64,000 nt of DNA from a bacterium (lineage in GTDB: Bacteria; UBA8248): the NCBI GenBank assembly GCA_965213625.1, contig CBDBZU010000004.1:1632001-1696000 (forward strand), in the 5' to 3' direction. This document shows positions 27,512-39,000 of this stretch, piece after piece (position 1 is the first letter of the stretch; each line of letters opens with the position of its first letter). The notes under the pieces were generated by a model, which was not told the DNA's origin, made no database searches, and saw only the letters and a list, made by a program, of their open reading frames with translations. The position numbers and the translations under genes are program-made.

Positions 27512-29185
27512 TCACGGAGACGGGATGGTGTCGAAATCCATTTCGAGCAAGTTCAGCGTCTCTGCGCGCTCGCAGTCATCAATGTCGAGGTCGTCGAGTT
27601 TTTCCAGTCCCGCGAGCATGTTCGTAACGCCCTGTGCGAGTCCATCCGGTGAGATTTTATCCTCATCAATCCGGTAGCCCATGGTTTTCGCCATGGCGAG
27701 AACGTGGGCGGCGGTTTCTGATTCCGTCATTTCTTGCAGCGGTGAGGCGGAGGGTTCTGGATATTCTTGGGGAGGTGGTTGCTCGTCGACCTCGGGCGGC
27801 TTCAACTGCCAGAGTGGATTGTCGTCTTCCAATGCCTTGCCGATGCGGAACAGGCGCGCCTCATCCCCCCATCTCCCTGCAATCTGGAGGCCGACGGGCA
27901 GGCGCGCTTTCGTGAACCCGCAAGGGACCTGAAGCACGGGGTTGCCGATGGTGCTGAAGGCGGCCGTGTTGTCGCTCACTATCGGCCACATCTTCATGCC
28001 GTCGAGGCAATCCGCAATGGTGGGCGGGGCGATAGCGACGGTGGGCGTGAGCACGGCGTCCACATATCTAAACACCTCCGCCGCCTGGCGGATGAAGTAT
28101 GTGCGGGCCTTTTGCGCCTGCACGTAGCGCCAGCCCGGAATGAAGAGGCTGTACTCGAAGAAATCCGCTCCGGGGGAGACATACCCGTCCCGGTGGTTTT
28201 CGAGAAACTTCCGGTGGTATTCCGCACCCTCGGGCCCCACGGTTGCGGCATAGGCGACCTGGCCGAGCCGCGCCCAGGGTATTTCCACTTCCACGATGCT
28301 GGCTCCCAGCTTCTCGAATCGCGCAATAGCCTCGCGCACGAGTGCCTCCGCTTCCGGGTCTTCACCCGGCCAGAAATGGTTCGTCGCGACGCCGAGCGTC
28401 ATGCCTCCTACGCCCTCGTTCACGGTTTCGAGGAAATCGGGCGCGGGTCTCGTTCCCGTGGTGGGGTCTTTGGGGTCGGGACCTGCGATGGCTTGCAAGA
28501 TGAGGGCGGCGTCTTCCACCGTGCGCGTGAGGGGACCCACGTTGTCGAAACTCAAGCCCAAGGGCACGGCCCCCGCCCTGCTCACCCGCCCGTAGGTGGA
28601 GCGGATGCCCACCAGATTGCAAAACGAAGCGGGCAGGCGCACCGAGCCGCCCGTGTCGGAGCCGAGAGCGGCCGCCGCCATCCCCGCCGCCACGCAGGCG
28701 GCGGAGCCGCTGCTGCTTCCTCCGGGTGTGTGGTCGAGGCTCCAGGGGTTTCGCGCCGGACCGAACGCGCTGTTCGCCCCGGTGCCGCCGCGCGCGAATT
28801 CCTGCAAGTTTGTCTTACCGACGATGACCGCTCCCGCCTCAACTAACCTGCGCACGCACTCCGCCGTTTCGTTCGCCGCGTTTTTGCCCAAAATCCGGCT
28901 GCCCGCCGTGGTCGGGTGGCCTTCCAGGTCGAACAGGTCCTTGAGCGCGACGGGAATCCCGTGGAGCGGCCCCCGGTTTTTTCCACCGGCGAGTTCGGAA
29001 TCGAGCCGCTCCGCCTGTTTCCTCGCGAGTTCGAAAGTGGTTCTCGTGAAGGCGTTGATGGTTGTGTCGTGCGCCTCGACCCTGGCGATGTGGGCTTCAA
29101 GCACCTCGCTCGGCTTCGTTTCGCCTGCCTGGATGAGGGCGGACAACTCCGTGATGGGGCGATGAAGCAGTTCTTCGGGATTCAT
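27512..29185 (-). CDS. Amidase-signature enzyme (GatA/AtzE-like) with C-terminal GatC-like extension
   Basis: GPLHGIPVALKD, GGSSSGSA, GSDTGGSVRLPA, plus an extra C-terminal helical domain of about 70 aa. Confidence 0.88.
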   Translation of the reverse strand: MNPEELLHRPITELSALIQAGETKPSEVLEAHIARVEAHDTTINAFTRTTFELARKQAERLDSELAGGKNRGPLHGIPVALKDLFDLEGHPTTAGSRILGKNAANETAECVRRLVEAGAVIVGKTNLQEFARGGTGANSAFGPARNPWSLDHTPGGSSSGSAACVAAGMAAAALGSDTGGSVRLPASFCNLVGIRSTYGRVSRAGAVPLGLSFDNVGPLTRTVEDAALILQAIAGPDPKDPTTGTRPAPDFLETVNEGVGGMTLGVATNHFWPGEDPEAEALVREAIARFEKLGASIVEVEIPWARLGQVAYAATVGPEGAEYHRKFLENHRDGYVSPGADFFEYSLFIPGWRYVQAQKARTYFIRQAAEVFRYVDAVLTPTVAIAPPTIADCLDGMKMWPIVSDNTAAFSTIGNPVLQVPCGFTKARLPVGLQIAGRWGDEARLFRIGKALEDDNPLWQLKPPEVDEQPPPQEYPEPSASPLQEMTESETAAHVLAMAKTMGYRIDEDKISPDGLAQGVTNMLAGLEKLDDLDIDDCERAETLNLLEMDFDTIPSP

Positions 29186-29392
29186 GTGGTGACTCCGGGA
29201 ATAGGGTTATTTTGGCGCGATTATATTCCATCCGACGACGAGTCGAAACGAAAGCGGGCGTTCACTCCAAAATGCGATGACACGCCTAATGCGCCGGGCT
29301 AGTTTCCACGAAAGGCTCCCCGGCTTGGCAAGCGCCGCCATCAAGGGTAAAAACACATCACTTTAGATAATGAGAGAAAAGGAGAACCATCC

Positions 29393-30298
29393 ATGAAACT
29401 CTACCGGACGATTCTCTTCGCCCCCGGAAACAGGGAGAGAATGCTCGCCAAAGTGGGCAAGGCCGGGGCCGACGCCGTCGTTCTGGACCTCGAAGACGCG
29501 GTGCCCGCCGATGAGAAGACATCCACGCGTAATGCGCTCGGTGCGGCGGTCAAGACGATTGCCGAAGAAGACGGTGCGGACGTCTTCGTGCGCGTGAATC
29601 CGCTGGATGACGTGACGGGCTTTTCCATCGCCTGCGGTCCTGAGGACATCCCTGCCGTCGTGGGACCTGCGCTCCGGGGGATCGTGCTGCCCAAGGCGGA
29701 GAATCCCGGCCAGATATTGGCGGCAGACCGGCTGCTTCGCGATGCGGAAAGAGATGCGGGCTGTGAAGCGGGGAGCGTGCACCTGCTCGCCATCATCGAG
29801 AACGCCCGGGGCGTGGAGGACGCTTTCGCCATCGCTTCCGCCGACACGGGGGAGCGGCGCTTCCAGCTCGCTTTCGGGGCAGGGGATTACACCAACGATC
29901 TCGATATCGAGTGGCCGCGCGACGAGTTTACCTTCGACTACCCGCGTTCTCGAATCGCTGTGGCCTCGCGAAGCGCAGGCCGGGAGAAACCGCTCGATAC
30001 GGTATGGATTGCGTTGGATGACCAGGAGGGTCTGGCGGCGAGCGCCGTGCGGTGCCGGGTGCTCGGCATGTTCGGCAAGTTCTGCATTCACCCCAAGCAG
30101 GTGGAAATCGTGAACCATGCCTTCACGCCGACAAAAGATGAAGTCGAAAAGGCGCGTGAGGTTATCGTGGCCTTCGAGGAAGCGACGGCGCGTGGGGAGG
30201 CGAGCGTCTCCGTCGGCGGGCGCATGATCGATTATCCGGTGGTCGAGGCGGCGGAAAAAGTCATCGCCCTGGCCGATGATTTTGGAACCAATGACTAA
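29393..30298 (+). CDS. CitE-like CoA-ester lyase (HpcH/HpaI family)
   Basis: LFAPGN, ADAVVLDLEDAV, GKFCIHPKQV, GRMIDYP. Confidence 0.9.
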   Translation: MKLYRTILFAPGNRERMLAKVGKAGADAVVLDLEDAVPADEKTSTRNALGAAVKTIAEEDGADVFVRVNPLDDVTGFSIACGPEDIPAVVGPALRGIVLPKAENPGQILAADRLLRDAERDAGCEAGSVHLLAIIENARGVEDAFAIASADTGERRFQLAFGAGDYTNDLDIEWPRDEFTFDYPRSRIAVASRSAGREKPLDTVWIALDDQEGLAASAVRCRVLGMFGKFCIHPKQVEIVNHAFTPTKDEVEKAREVIVAFEEATARGEASVSVGGRMIDYPVVEAAEKVIALADDFGTND

Positions 30299-30320
30299 CA
30301 AGTCAAAACGAGAGGGTGAT

Positions 30321-31325
30321 ATGAAATTCGGCATGTTCGTCATGAATCAGCACGCCTTGGGGGATGACCCCGCAGAACGCTGGGAGGAGCATCTCGAACA
30401 GGTGCGACTCATCCGGGATTTGGGCTTTCACAGCGTTTGGTGCGGCCAGCACTACCTCACCGAGGGGGTGTGGATGATGCAGACCTGGCCGAGCGTCGCC
30501 CAGGTGGCGGCGCACGCGGGCGATATGACGGTCGGCACGGGCATCCTGCTGCTCGCGCTTCACAACCCGGTGGACGTGGCCGAGCAGGTCGCCACGCTCG
30601 ACGCCATGACGAAGGGCCGCTTCGTGCTCGGCGTGGGGCTGGGTTACCGCGAGCCCGAATACCGCGCGTTCGGCCTCACGAAACCCTATCGCATCAAGGC
30701 TTTCGAGGAGAAACTGGAAGCTCTCACACGCCTGCTGGAGGAGGGGACGCTCGATTATGAGGGCGAAGTCGTAAAGCTCCAGGACGTAAACCTCACCATG
30801 CGGCCCATCCAGAAGCCGAGACCGCCCATCTGGATAGCGGCGAACGGCGACGGCGCCGTGAGGCGCGCGGCGCGGATGGGTGAGGCGTGGTTCCTGAATC
30901 CCCATGCGCGTTTCGACACCTTGAAGCGCCAGATGGAGATGTTCCACGAAGAGCGCGAAGCCGCAGGCAAGGGTGCTCCCGATGCGACGCCCGTCATCAA
31001 GGAGATGTTCATCGGTGAAGACAGGGAGAGCGCCTTTCGAGAATGCGCGAATTATCTGGCGGTCAAGTACAACGTCTACGTGAAGTGGGGCCAGAGCGAG
31101 GCGCTGCCCGAGAGCGACACGCTCCGGATGCCGCTAGACGAGTTGCGCTCCGACAGGTTCCTCATCGGTTCGGCGGAAGACGTGGCTGAGGACATCAGGC
31201 GCCACCGCGACGAGCTGGGCGTGGACCACATGGCGTTCCGGGTCCAGTGGCCGGGGATGCCGCAGGAACTCGTGCTGAGGACGCTCGAGCGCTTCGCAAA
31301 AGAGGTGATGCCCGAGTTCGTCTAG
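30321..31325 (+). CDS. LLM-class oxidoreductase
   Basis: LGFHSVWCGQHY, HNPVDVAEQVATLD, GRFVLGVGLGYR, PRPPIWIA. Confidence 0.88.
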   Translation: MKFGMFVMNQHALGDDPAERWEEHLEQVRLIRDLGFHSVWCGQHYLTEGVWMMQTWPSVAQVAAHAGDMTVGTGILLLALHNPVDVAEQVATLDAMTKGRFVLGVGLGYREPEYRAFGLTKPYRIKAFEEKLEALTRLLEEGTLDYEGEVVKLQDVNLTMRPIQKPRPPIWIAANGDGAVRRAARMGEAWFLNPHARFDTLKRQMEMFHEEREAAGKGAPDATPVIKEMFIGEDRESAFRECANYLAVKYNVYVKWGQSEALPESDTLRMPLDELRSDRFLIGSAEDVAEDIRRHRDELGVDHMAFRVQWPGMPQELVLRTLERFAKEVMPEFV

Positions 31326-32737
31326 GTTGCGGTGCGATTTCCTGCAGGCGCTTGTCCGCAAGAGGAGGACGCCATGTCGAAAGAGGAATCCGCATCCTCC
31401 GAGGCCCGGGATATACACGAATTCTTCGCCGCGGACCCGGTGGCGGCGGATAGCGCCTTTTTCGGACGAGAAACCTGTTTCGATAGGCGTGGCTTTCTGC
31501 GGGGCGCCGGGCTTGCCGCCATGACGGCGATGGTTGGCGCGGCGATTCCGTTTCACCGGAACATGCCGGCGGGCCTCATCCCGGCGGCTTTCGCCAACGA
31601 GAAGGCGCTTGTCGGCAAAGATGGCCTGACGCTTCTGAACGAGCGACCGCTCAACGCCGAAACACCGCCCCATCTGCTCGACGACCCTGTCACCCCGACA
31701 TCCCGGCACTTCATTCGCAACAACGGCGTCCCGCCCGCTGAAGCGTCGGCGGCATCCTGGACTCTCACCGTCGATGGTCTCGTAGAACGCCCGATGACCT
31801 TGTCAATCGACGAGCTTCGCTCGAGGTTCGAAGTCGTCACGATGGCCCTCGTCATCGAATGTGGGGGCAACGGGCGGGCCTTTTTCAAGCCGCCGGTAAA
31901 AGGCTCCCAGTGGACGCACGGGGCGGTCGCCTGCTCAACCTGGACGGGGGTAAGGCTCAAGGACGTTCTGAGGGCGGCCGGCGTACGGCCCGATGTCGTC
32001 TACACCGCCCACGTCGGCGCAGATGGGGACATCTCCGGTAAGCCCGGCAAGCTGCCCATCTCGCGCGGCGTGCCGATCGCCAAGGCGATGGCGGATGGCG
32101 TGCTCATCGCCTTTGGCCAGAATGGCGGCCCGATTCATCCGATGAACGGGGCGCCGCTGCGGCTCGTTGTCCCCGGCTGGCCGGGGTCTTGCTCGCAGAA
32201 ATGGCTCCGGCGCATCTATCTACGAGATGTCGTGCACGATGGCCCCAAGATGACGGGGACTTCCTACCGCGTGCCGCGATACAGGATCGAGCCGGGCGAG
32301 AAAGTGGAGGAGAAAGATTTCGTCATCATCGAGCGGATGCCCGTCAAATCGCTGATCACCCACCCCGCGAACGGGGCGGCGTCGGGGCGCGCCGTGGAAG
32401 TGCGCGGTCACGCCTGGTCGGGAGACCGGACGGTCGCCGCTGTCGACCTCTCCTATGACTTCGGCGCGACATGGATGCCGGCCGCGCTGAACGCTCCCGT
32501 GAACGACGGCGCCTGGCAGAACTTTCGCGCAAATATAAGATTCCCCGAAGCCGGGTACTACGAGATATGGGCGCGGGCGACCGACAGCGGGGGGGTGATG
32601 CAGCCCCACGCCATCGACTGGAACCCGAAGGGATACCTCAACAACACGATGCACCGGGTAGCACTTCGGGTGTCGTGAGGCGGCGCGGAGTAGAAGCTGA
32701 GCGCTTCGCCGAAGAGGTGATGCTTAAGTTCGTCTAA
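31287..32737 (+). repeat. 39-bp imperfect direct repeat (31287-31325 and 32699-32737) bracketing the sulfite oxidase gene
   Basis: GAGCGCTTCGCaaAAGAGGTGATGCccgAGTTCGTCTAg vs GAGCGCTTCGCcgAAGAGGTGATGCttaAGTTCGTCTAa, 33/39 identical. Confidence 0.8.
31374..32678 (+). CDS. Tat-exported sulfite oxidase-family molybdoenzyme (SorA/SorT-like)
   Basis: DRRGFL Tat motif, RPLNAETP, HFIRNNG, ECGGNGR (Mo-Cys), GAPLRLVVPGW, WNPKGYLNN. Confidence 0.9.
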   Translation: MSKEESASSEARDIHEFFAADPVAADSAFFGRETCFDRRGFLRGAGLAAMTAMVGAAIPFHRNMPAGLIPAAFANEKALVGKDGLTLLNERPLNAETPPHLLDDPVTPTSRHFIRNNGVPPAEASAASWTLTVDGLVERPMTLSIDELRSRFEVVTMALVIECGGNGRAFFKPPVKGSQWTHGAVACSTWTGVRLKDVLRAAGVRPDVVYTAHVGADGDISGKPGKLPISRGVPIAKAMADGVLIAFGQNGGPIHPMNGAPLRLVVPGWPGSCSQKWLRRIYLRDVVHDGPKMTGTSYRVPRYRIEPGEKVEEKDFVIIERMPVKSLITHPANGAASGRAVEVRGHAWSGDRTVAAVDLSYDFGATWMPAALNAPVNDGAWQNFRANIRFPEAGYYEIWARATDSGGVMQPHAIDWNPKGYLNNTMHRVALRVS

Positions 32738-33903
32738 ATTTCAGACAGCTCCCTCAGCACGTCCTTGAGCGCCGCCTTGTCCTCCATGCCGAGTCCCGGC
32801 AGGTCGGGGAAGCCGACGTAGCCGTCTTCCACCGCCACGCCGTCGGCGAAACCGTTGAAGGGCTTGAACACGTCGGGGTAGGACTCGCTGCCCCCCAGGC
32901 CAAGACCCCCCGCGATGTTGAGCGATAGCTGGTGTCCGCCGTGGGGGATGAACGAGCGGGCCGACCAGCCGTGGGCCTCCGCCATTTCCAGCGTTCTCAG
33001 GTATTCCACCAGGCCGTAGCTGAGCGCGCAGTCGAACTGGAGGATATCCACGCCCGGCCGCATCCCCCCGTAGCGAATCAGGTTTCTCGCATCCTGGGTG
33101 GAGAAGAGGTTCTCCCCCGTCGCCATGGGATTGTCGTAGTGCTCGGCGAGTTCGGCCTGGAGCGCGTAATCGAGCGGGTCGCCCGCCTCCTCGTACCAGT
33201 GCAGTTTGTAGGGCGCCAGCGCTTCCGCGTAGGCGATGGCGGTTTTAAGGTCGAATTTCCCGTTGGCGTCCACCGCGAGATTCCGGCCCTCGCCCACGAC
33301 ATCGAGCACCGCCTCGATTCTCCTGACGTCGTCTTCGAGCGCCTCACCGCCTATCTTCATCTTGACGGTGGTGTAGCCGCGATCGAGATAGCTCCTCATC
33401 TCGTTCTGTAGCGCTTTCAAGTCTTTGCCCGGATAGTAATAGCCCCCGGCGGCGTAGACGGATACCTTTTCATCGCACTCCCCTCCGCGATAGGTATCCG
33501 CGAGGTGGCGGTAGAGCGGTTTTCCCTCGATTTTGGCCACCATGTCCCACACGGCCATGTCGATAATGCCCACGGCGACGGAGCGGTCGCCGTGCCCGCC
33601 GGGCTTTTCGTTCTTCATCATGCAGTCCCAGATTTTGGAAGGGTCGAAGTTTGATTCCGCCTCGTTGAGCAGCGACTCGGGTTCCGCTTCCTCGAGCCTG
33701 GGAATGATGCGCTCGCGCAAAAGCCCTTGCTGGGCGTAGCGTCCATTCGAGTTGAAACCGAAGCCGACGACGCGCTTTCCGTCACGCACAACATCCGTGA
33801 TGAGGGCGGCGACGCTCACCGTCATCAGGGAGAAATCGATGAACGCGTTTCTGAGGTCGGATTGGATAGGAACCACCGTCTCGCGGATGTCGATGATTTT
33901 CAA
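32734..33903 (-). CDS. tarD: Mandelate racemase/enolase-superfamily enzyme, D-tartrate dehydratase-like
   Basis: RNAFIDFS, GFNSNGRY, NEKPGGHGDRS, YAAGGYY, KMKIG, PHGGHQ. Start at TTG 33903 or ATG 33915. Confidence 0.75.
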   Translation of the reverse strand: MKIIDIRETVVPIQSDLRNAFIDFSLMTVSVAALITDVVRDGKRVVGFGFNSNGRYAQQGLLRERIIPRLEEAEPESLLNEAESNFDPSKIWDCMMKNEKPGGHGDRSVAVGIIDMAVWDMVAKIEGKPLYRHLADTYRGGECDEKVSVYAAGGYYYPGKDLKALQNEMRSYLDRGYTTVKMKIGGEALEDDVRRIEAVLDVVGEGRNLAVDANGKFDLKTAIAYAEALAPYKLHWYEEAGDPLDYALQAELAEHYDNPMATGENLFSTQDARNLIRYGGMRPGVDILQFDCALSYGLVEYLRTLEMAEAHGWSARSFIPHGGHQLSLNIAGGLGLGGSESYPDVFKPFNGFADGVAVEDGYVGFPDLPGLGMEDKAALKDVLRELSEI

Positions 33904-34170
33904 GACGCTCTCCATTTTGGGGTGAATTCGATGTTTCGACCTTGCGATGGACGCGGCGATTCTACAGCTTATCCGGGGAAAAGGTGAAGCCGAACCGATG
34001 TCGCGGAAAGCTTTGAAACAAGCGGAGGGGAGATACAAGATCGGTTTTCCAGGGTCCGTGTAACAAATTCACAACAAAAATCGGGTATGATGGTTGCTGC
34101 ATCGTGACAACTTTTGATGGCTTGTGATTTTCTTCGTCGGAGGGGACGTGATTTTTCAGGCGGGAGAAAG

Positions 34171-36309
34171 ATGAATCAGCTGGAAGGGCGCCTGGGCGCC
34201 GAATGGATAGAGGGGGGCGTGCGTTTTTCCCTTTTCTCCGAGAACGCGGAGGGGGTCGAGCTTTGTCTGTTCGACGCGGATGACCACGGCAGGGAGACGG
34301 GGCGGGTTCCTTTTGCCCGGGAAGGCGACATCTGGCGCGCGGAGGTGGATGGCCTGGGGGCGGGACAGCCCTACGGATTCCGCGTCCACGGGCCCTATGC
34401 GCCCGCACAGGGGCATCGCTTCAACGGTTACAAGGTGCTGCTGGACCCGTATGCGAGAGCGATAGCGGGCGACGTCCGCTGGTGCGAGGAGATGTACGGT
34501 TACCGGGATGGCGACATCCACCATTTCGATGCAAGGGACAACGCACACGCGATGCCCAAGAGCGTGCTCGTGAATTCTTCCTTCGATTGGGAGGATGTCT
34601 CCCCGCCCGAAACGCCCTGGTCCGAGACCATCGTGTACGAGCTGCACGTAAAAGGCTTCACCATGCGGCATCCCGACGTGCCCGAAGAGCTGCGGGGCAC
34701 GTATTCTGGTCTGGCCCATCCTGCCGTGGTCGAATACCTGAAAGATTTGGGCGTAACGGCCATCGAACTTTTGCCCGTTCATCACCGGGTCTCGGAGCAG
34801 CGTCTCCAGACGTTGGGACTTTCCAATTATTGGGGATACGCGACGATCGGCTTTTTCGCGCCCGATGCGCGCTTTTCCAGCCGTGGAGACAGGGGCGGGC
34901 AGGTCGATGAGTTCAAGGAGATGGTGAAGACGTATCACCGCGCGGGAATCGAGGTGATTCTCGACGTGGTCTACAACCACACCGGTGAGGGGGATTTCAG
35001 GGGGCCGCATCTGGCGTTTCGCGGCTTGGACAACCGGGTCTATTACCGCGTGGACCCGAAGGATGAGAGCCGCTACATCGACACCACCGGCTGCGGCCAT
35101 TCAATGAACGCCTCACATCCGTCGGTCCTGCGTCTCATCATGGACAGCCTGCGCTACTGGGCGGAGGAATTTCACGTCGACGGCTTCCGGTTCGACCTCG
35201 CTCCCTCCCTCGCGCGCACCGGGAGGGGTTTCGACCCCGAATCGGCGTTTTTCAAGGCGATTGCGGACGATCCGGTCCTCTCGAAGCGCAAGCTCATCGC
35301 CGAACCCTGGGATTTGGGCGATGGAGGCTACCAGCTGGGGAATTTCCCAAAGGGCTGGACGGAGTGGAACGGTGAATTCCGGGACGCGGCGCGGAGTTTC
35401 TGGCGTGCGGATTTCAACCTGGCGGCGGAGTTCGCCACGCGCATGACCGGGAGCAGCGACATTTTCGAGACTAGCGGGCGAACCCCTCAGGCATGCCTCA
35501 ATTTCATCGCCTGTCATGACGGGTTCACGCTCGAAGATCTGGTGAGCTTTCAGCAAAAGCACAACGATGCGAATGGCGAGGGCAACAAGGATGGCGCGGA
35601 AGAGGAGCATAGCTGGAACGGCGGGGTGGAGGGCTCGACGGACGACCCCTTCGTATCTACCATGCGCGTGCGGCGAAAGAAGAATCTGCTTGCGAGCATG
35701 TTTCTCGCCCAGGGCGTGCCGATGATCCAGGCGGGAGACGAATTCGGCCGCACGCAGTCGGGAAACAACAACGCCTATTGCCAGGACAACGAGACCTCCT
35801 GGGTGGATTGGGCACTGGCGGAAAAGAACGAAAGCCTGCTTTCTTTCGTCAAATCCCTCATCCGCTGGACCAAAACCCGGCCGGCCTTCCGGCGTACGGA
35901 GTTTTTCCCGCAACAAAGCCCGGTCGGGGCGGACAAAGCCGAGGTTATATGGCTTCACCATCTGGGGCATGCACTACAGGCGGAAGAGTGGGATGTGCAC
36001 TACATGAAGTGTTACGGCTTCAGGCTGAGAGAAGAGGCAAGAGGTGATCTTTTTTCTCGGCATGTGGGCAGGAATCGTGATACTTTCCTGGTGCTCATGA
36101 ACGCGCATCATGAAGCCATACCCTTTGTTTTCCTCGAAGAAGACAGAAAGAAGAGATGGACAGTGGTGATGGATACATCCCAGGTCGATGAAAAAGGCTG
36201 GACCTGGCGAATTCACTCGGGCGATTCCTACCTTCTCGCCGGAGAGTCCCTGGCCTTGCTGAAAGCTCGCAACGAACCACCCGTGGCGCGGGGGGAAACT
36301 GTCACATGA
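34171..36309 (+). CDS. glgX: Glycogen debranching enzyme
   Basis: [50 protein letters not shown]. Confidence 0.95.
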   Translation: MNQLEGRLGAEWIEGGVRFSLFSENAEGVELCLFDADDHGRETGRVPFAREGDIWRAEVDGLGAGQPYGFRVHGPYAPAQGHRFNGYKVLLDPYARAIAGDVRWCEEMYGYRDGDIHHFDARDNAHAMPKSVLVNSSFDWEDVSPPETPWSETIVYELHVKGFTMRHPDVPEELRGTYSGLAHPAVVEYLKDLGVTAIELLPVHHRVSEQRLQTLGLSNYWGYATIGFFAPDARFSSRGDRGGQVDEFKEMVKTYHRAGIEVILDVVYNHTGEGDFRGPHLAFRGLDNRVYYRVDPKDESRYIDTTGCGHSMNASHPSVLRLIMDSLRYWAEEFHVDGFRFDLAPSLARTGRGFDPESAFFKAIADDPVLSKRKLIAEPWDLGDGGYQLGNFPKGWTEWNGEFRDAARSFWRADFNLAAEFATRMTGSSDIFETSGRTPQACLNFIACHDGFTLEDLVSFQQKHNDANGEGNKDGAEEEHSWNGGVEGSTDDPFVSTMRVRRKKNLLASMFLAQGVPMIQAGDEFGRTQSGNNNAYCQDNETSWVDWALAEKNESLLSFVKSLIRWTKTRPAFRRTEFFPQQSPVGADKAEVIWLHHLGHALQAEEWDVHYMKCYGFRLREEARGDLFSRHVGRNRDTFLVLMNAHHEAIPFVFLEEDRKKRWTVVMDTSQVDEKGWTWRIHSGDSYLLAGESLALLKARNEPPVARGETVT

Positions 36310-38222
36310 GCGTTGCCCACTACCCCGCGCTTTCCTACATAACGGATTACGACATTTACCTGTTCAACCAGGGCTCCCACTTCACCTTGTACGACAAGAT
36401 GGGCGCGCACCCGATGACGGTTGACGGAGAAGAGGGCGTCCACTTCGCCGTATGGGCGCCGAACGCGGATTCTGTGAGCGTTATCGGTGATTTCAACGGC
36501 TGGGACGAAAACGCCCACCCGCTGGCTCCGGTGGAAAGCTCAGGAATCTGGGCGGGATTCATTCCGGGCTTGGGGACGGGAGAGGTCTACAAATACCGGA
36601 TTCACTCGCAGTTCGGCGATTATCGCGTAGAGAAGACGGACCCTTTCGGGTTCTACAGCGAGGTTCCTCCCAAGAGCGGATCGGTCGTCTGGAATCTCGA
36701 TTACGAATGGGGGGATGAAAACTGGATGGAGTGCCGGGGCGCGTGCAACGGCCGCGAAGCGCCCATTTCCATCTATGAGCTGCACATCGGCTCCTGGCGG
36801 CGGTCGCCGCATGGGGGGAATCGCCCTCTCACCTATAGGGAACTCGCCCCCCAACTCGCCGAGCACATGCATCACATGGGTTTCACGCACGCCGAGTTCA
36901 TGCCGGTGATGGAGCATCCCTTCAACGGCTCCTGGGGGTATCAGATAACGGGCTATTTCTCTCCGACGAGCCGATTCGGAACGCCGCAGGACTTGATGTA
37001 TCTCATCGATTATCTCCACCAGCGCGGCCTGGGCGTGATACTCGACTGGGTGCCCTCGCACTTCCCCACGGACGGACACGGGCTGGGCTACTTCGACGGA
37101 ACGCATCTCTACGAGCACGCCGACCCCCGGCGGGGGTTTCATCCCGACTGGCAAAGCCACATTTTCAACTATGGGCGAAACGAAGTCGCCGCCTTCCTGA
37201 TAAGCAGCGCCTTGTACTGGCTGGAGTATTTCCACGCCGACGGGCTGCGCGTAGACGGCGTAGCCTCGATGCTCTATCTCGATTATTCGAGAAAAGAAGG
37301 CGAGTGGATTCCCAACGAAGAGGGAGGCCGCGAGAATCGGGAAGCCATCTCTTTCCTCAGGCGGCTAAACACCGAGGTCTATCGCCGGTTCCCCGACGTG
37401 CAGACCATCGCGGAAGAATCCACCTCCTGGCCGATGGTATCGAGACCCGTCGATGCGGGAGGGCTTGGATTCGGTATGAAGTGGGACATGGGCTGGATGC
37501 ACGACTCGCTCGAATACATGAAAAAAGATCCTGTTCACCGGAAATTTCACCACAACCTGCTCACGTTCCGGATGCTATATACCTACAACGAGAATTTCGT
37601 GCTGCCGCTTTCCCACGACGAGGTGGTGCACGGCAAAAGCTCCCTGCTCGGGAAGATGCCGGGAGACAACGGACGGAAATTCTCGAACCTTCGCGCGCTC
37701 TACGGGCTGATGTTCGCCCAGCCCGGAAAGAAGCTCCTCTTCATGGGCGGGGAGTTCGGCCAATGGCGAGAATGGAACCATGACGGCGCGCTCGACTGGG
37801 ACTTGACCCAGGAGCCCTTGAGGGCGGGGCTGATGAAATGGTTGCGTGACCTGAACGCCTTGTATCACCAGGAGCGCGCCCTGTTCCGGAGGGATTACGA
37901 CCCGCGCGGCTTCAAGTGGGTGGCTGCGGATGCGGCTGATGACAGCGTTTTGGGGTTCGTGCGGATCGCCACCGAGGATGAACCCATGCTGCTCGTGGCG
38001 GCCAATCTGACGCCCGTGCCCAGGACGGACTACCGGATGGGCGTTCCTGCCGACGGCGATTGGGTCGAGGTGCTGAACAGCGATTCTGAGATTTACGGAG
38101 GCAGCGGTATGGGGAACCCCGAGGGCTGCCACGCGGCGGCGGCGCCGCTTAACGACCAGCCCTACTCGATAGAGGTCACGCTGCCACCGCTCGCGGTCGT
38201 TTATTTAAGAGAGACGCATTAG
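36306..38222 (+). CDS. glgB: 1,4-alpha-glucan branching enzyme
   Basis: [43 protein letters not shown]. Confidence 0.95.
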   Translation: MSVAHYPALSYITDYDIYLFNQGSHFTLYDKMGAHPMTVDGEEGVHFAVWAPNADSVSVIGDFNGWDENAHPLAPVESSGIWAGFIPGLGTGEVYKYRIHSQFGDYRVEKTDPFGFYSEVPPKSGSVVWNLDYEWGDENWMECRGACNGREAPISIYELHIGSWRRSPHGGNRPLTYRELAPQLAEHMHHMGFTHAEFMPVMEHPFNGSWGYQITGYFSPTSRFGTPQDLMYLIDYLHQRGLGVILDWVPSHFPTDGHGLGYFDGTHLYEHADPRRGFHPDWQSHIFNYGRNEVAAFLISSALYWLEYFHADGLRVDGVASMLYLDYSRKEGEWIPNEEGGRENREAISFLRRLNTEVYRRFPDVQTIAEESTSWPMVSRPVDAGGLGFGMKWDMGWMHDSLEYMKKDPVHRKFHHNLLTFRMLYTYNENFVLPLSHDEVVHGKSSLLGKMPGDNGRKFSNLRALYGLMFAQPGKKLLFMGGEFGQWREWNHDGALDWDLTQEPLRAGLMKWLRDLNALYHQERALFRRDYDPRGFKWVAADAADDSVLGFVRIATEDEPMLLVAANLTPVPRTDYRMGVPADGDWVEVLNSDSEIYGGSGMGNPEGCHAAAAPLNDQPYSIEVTLPPLAVVYLRETH

Positions 38223-38264
38223 GCATTAGGCGGGGGTGGACACGTGTGTCCACTCCGGTTGTCT

Positions 38265-38900
38265 TTAATACAGTCCCGTCTTGTATCTCTCCTGGATTCC
38301 TTTGTTGAGTTCCTCTCCGTCGTCGTAACCGTCTTCGTCTATCTGATCGGAGAGCATCTGCCCCATCGAGGGAAACGACTTTCTCTCGATGTGTTTTTCC
38401 GCGTTCCAAAGGTCCGCGCGGATGAGGGCCTTGGCGCAGTGGAGATACACGTCTTCAATGTCGACGATCATCGCCGACAAGGGGAGTTTCCCCTTCACCG
38501 AGAGCGGTTCGAGGACTTCGGGGTCCGTGGTGATGCGCGCGCGTCCGTTCACGCGCAGCGTCTCGCACATGCCGGGCACCAGGAACAGGAGGCCGATGTG
38601 GTTGTTCCCCACGATGTTGCTCATGGTGTCGACGCGGTTGTTGCCCGGCCTGTCGGGTATGATCAGGGTGTTGTCGTCGATTACCTTCACGAATCCGGGC
38701 GGGTCCCCCTTGGGGGATGCGTCAGCACCTTCTGCCGTGGAGGAGGAAATGACCATGAAGGGAGAGAGCGCAATGAATTTCTTCGCGTGCTCGTCGAGTT
38801 TCGCCATCTGCTTCTTGACGCTGCGCTCGTTGGCCGGGCCGTAGTATTCGCGAAGCTCTTCTTTGTTTTCAATCTTCGATTCTGCCGTCGATTGCTCCAT
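38265..38900 (-). CDS. Pyridoxamine 5'-phosphate oxidase-like (split beta-barrel) flavin/deazaflavin-binding protein
   Basis: DASPKGDPPGFV, PDRPGNNRVD, ETLRVNG, HCAKALIRADLW. Confidence 0.88.
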   Translation of the reverse strand: MEQSTAESKIENKEELREYYGPANERSVKKQMAKLDEHAKKFIALSPFMVISSSTAEGADASPKGDPPGFVKVIDDNTLIIPDRPGNNRVDTMSNIVGNNHIGLLFLVPGMCETLRVNGRARITTDPEVLEPLSVKGKLPLSAMIVDIEDVYLHCAKALIRADLWNAEKHIERKSFPSMGQMLSDQIDEDGYDDGEELNKGIQERYKTGLY

Positions 38901-38925
38901 CGAATCGTCTCCCTCCGAGGGGTTT

Positions 38926-39000
38926 TGGAGGCGCCACCCGGATTCGAACCGGGGAATAAAGGATTTGCAGTCCTCTGCCTTACCACTTGGCTATGGCGCC
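38926..39000 (-). tRNA. tRNA-Cys(GCA)
   Basis: GGCGCCATAGCCAAGTGGTAAGGCAGAGGACT-GCA-AATCCTTTATTCCCCGGTTCGAATCCGGGTGGCGCCTCCA; cloverleaf with encoded CCA. Confidence 0.97.

Noticed and set aside
38926-39000. tRNA-Cys as an integration site
   Set aside because: No integrase nearby and no duplicated tRNA 3' end found in the window.
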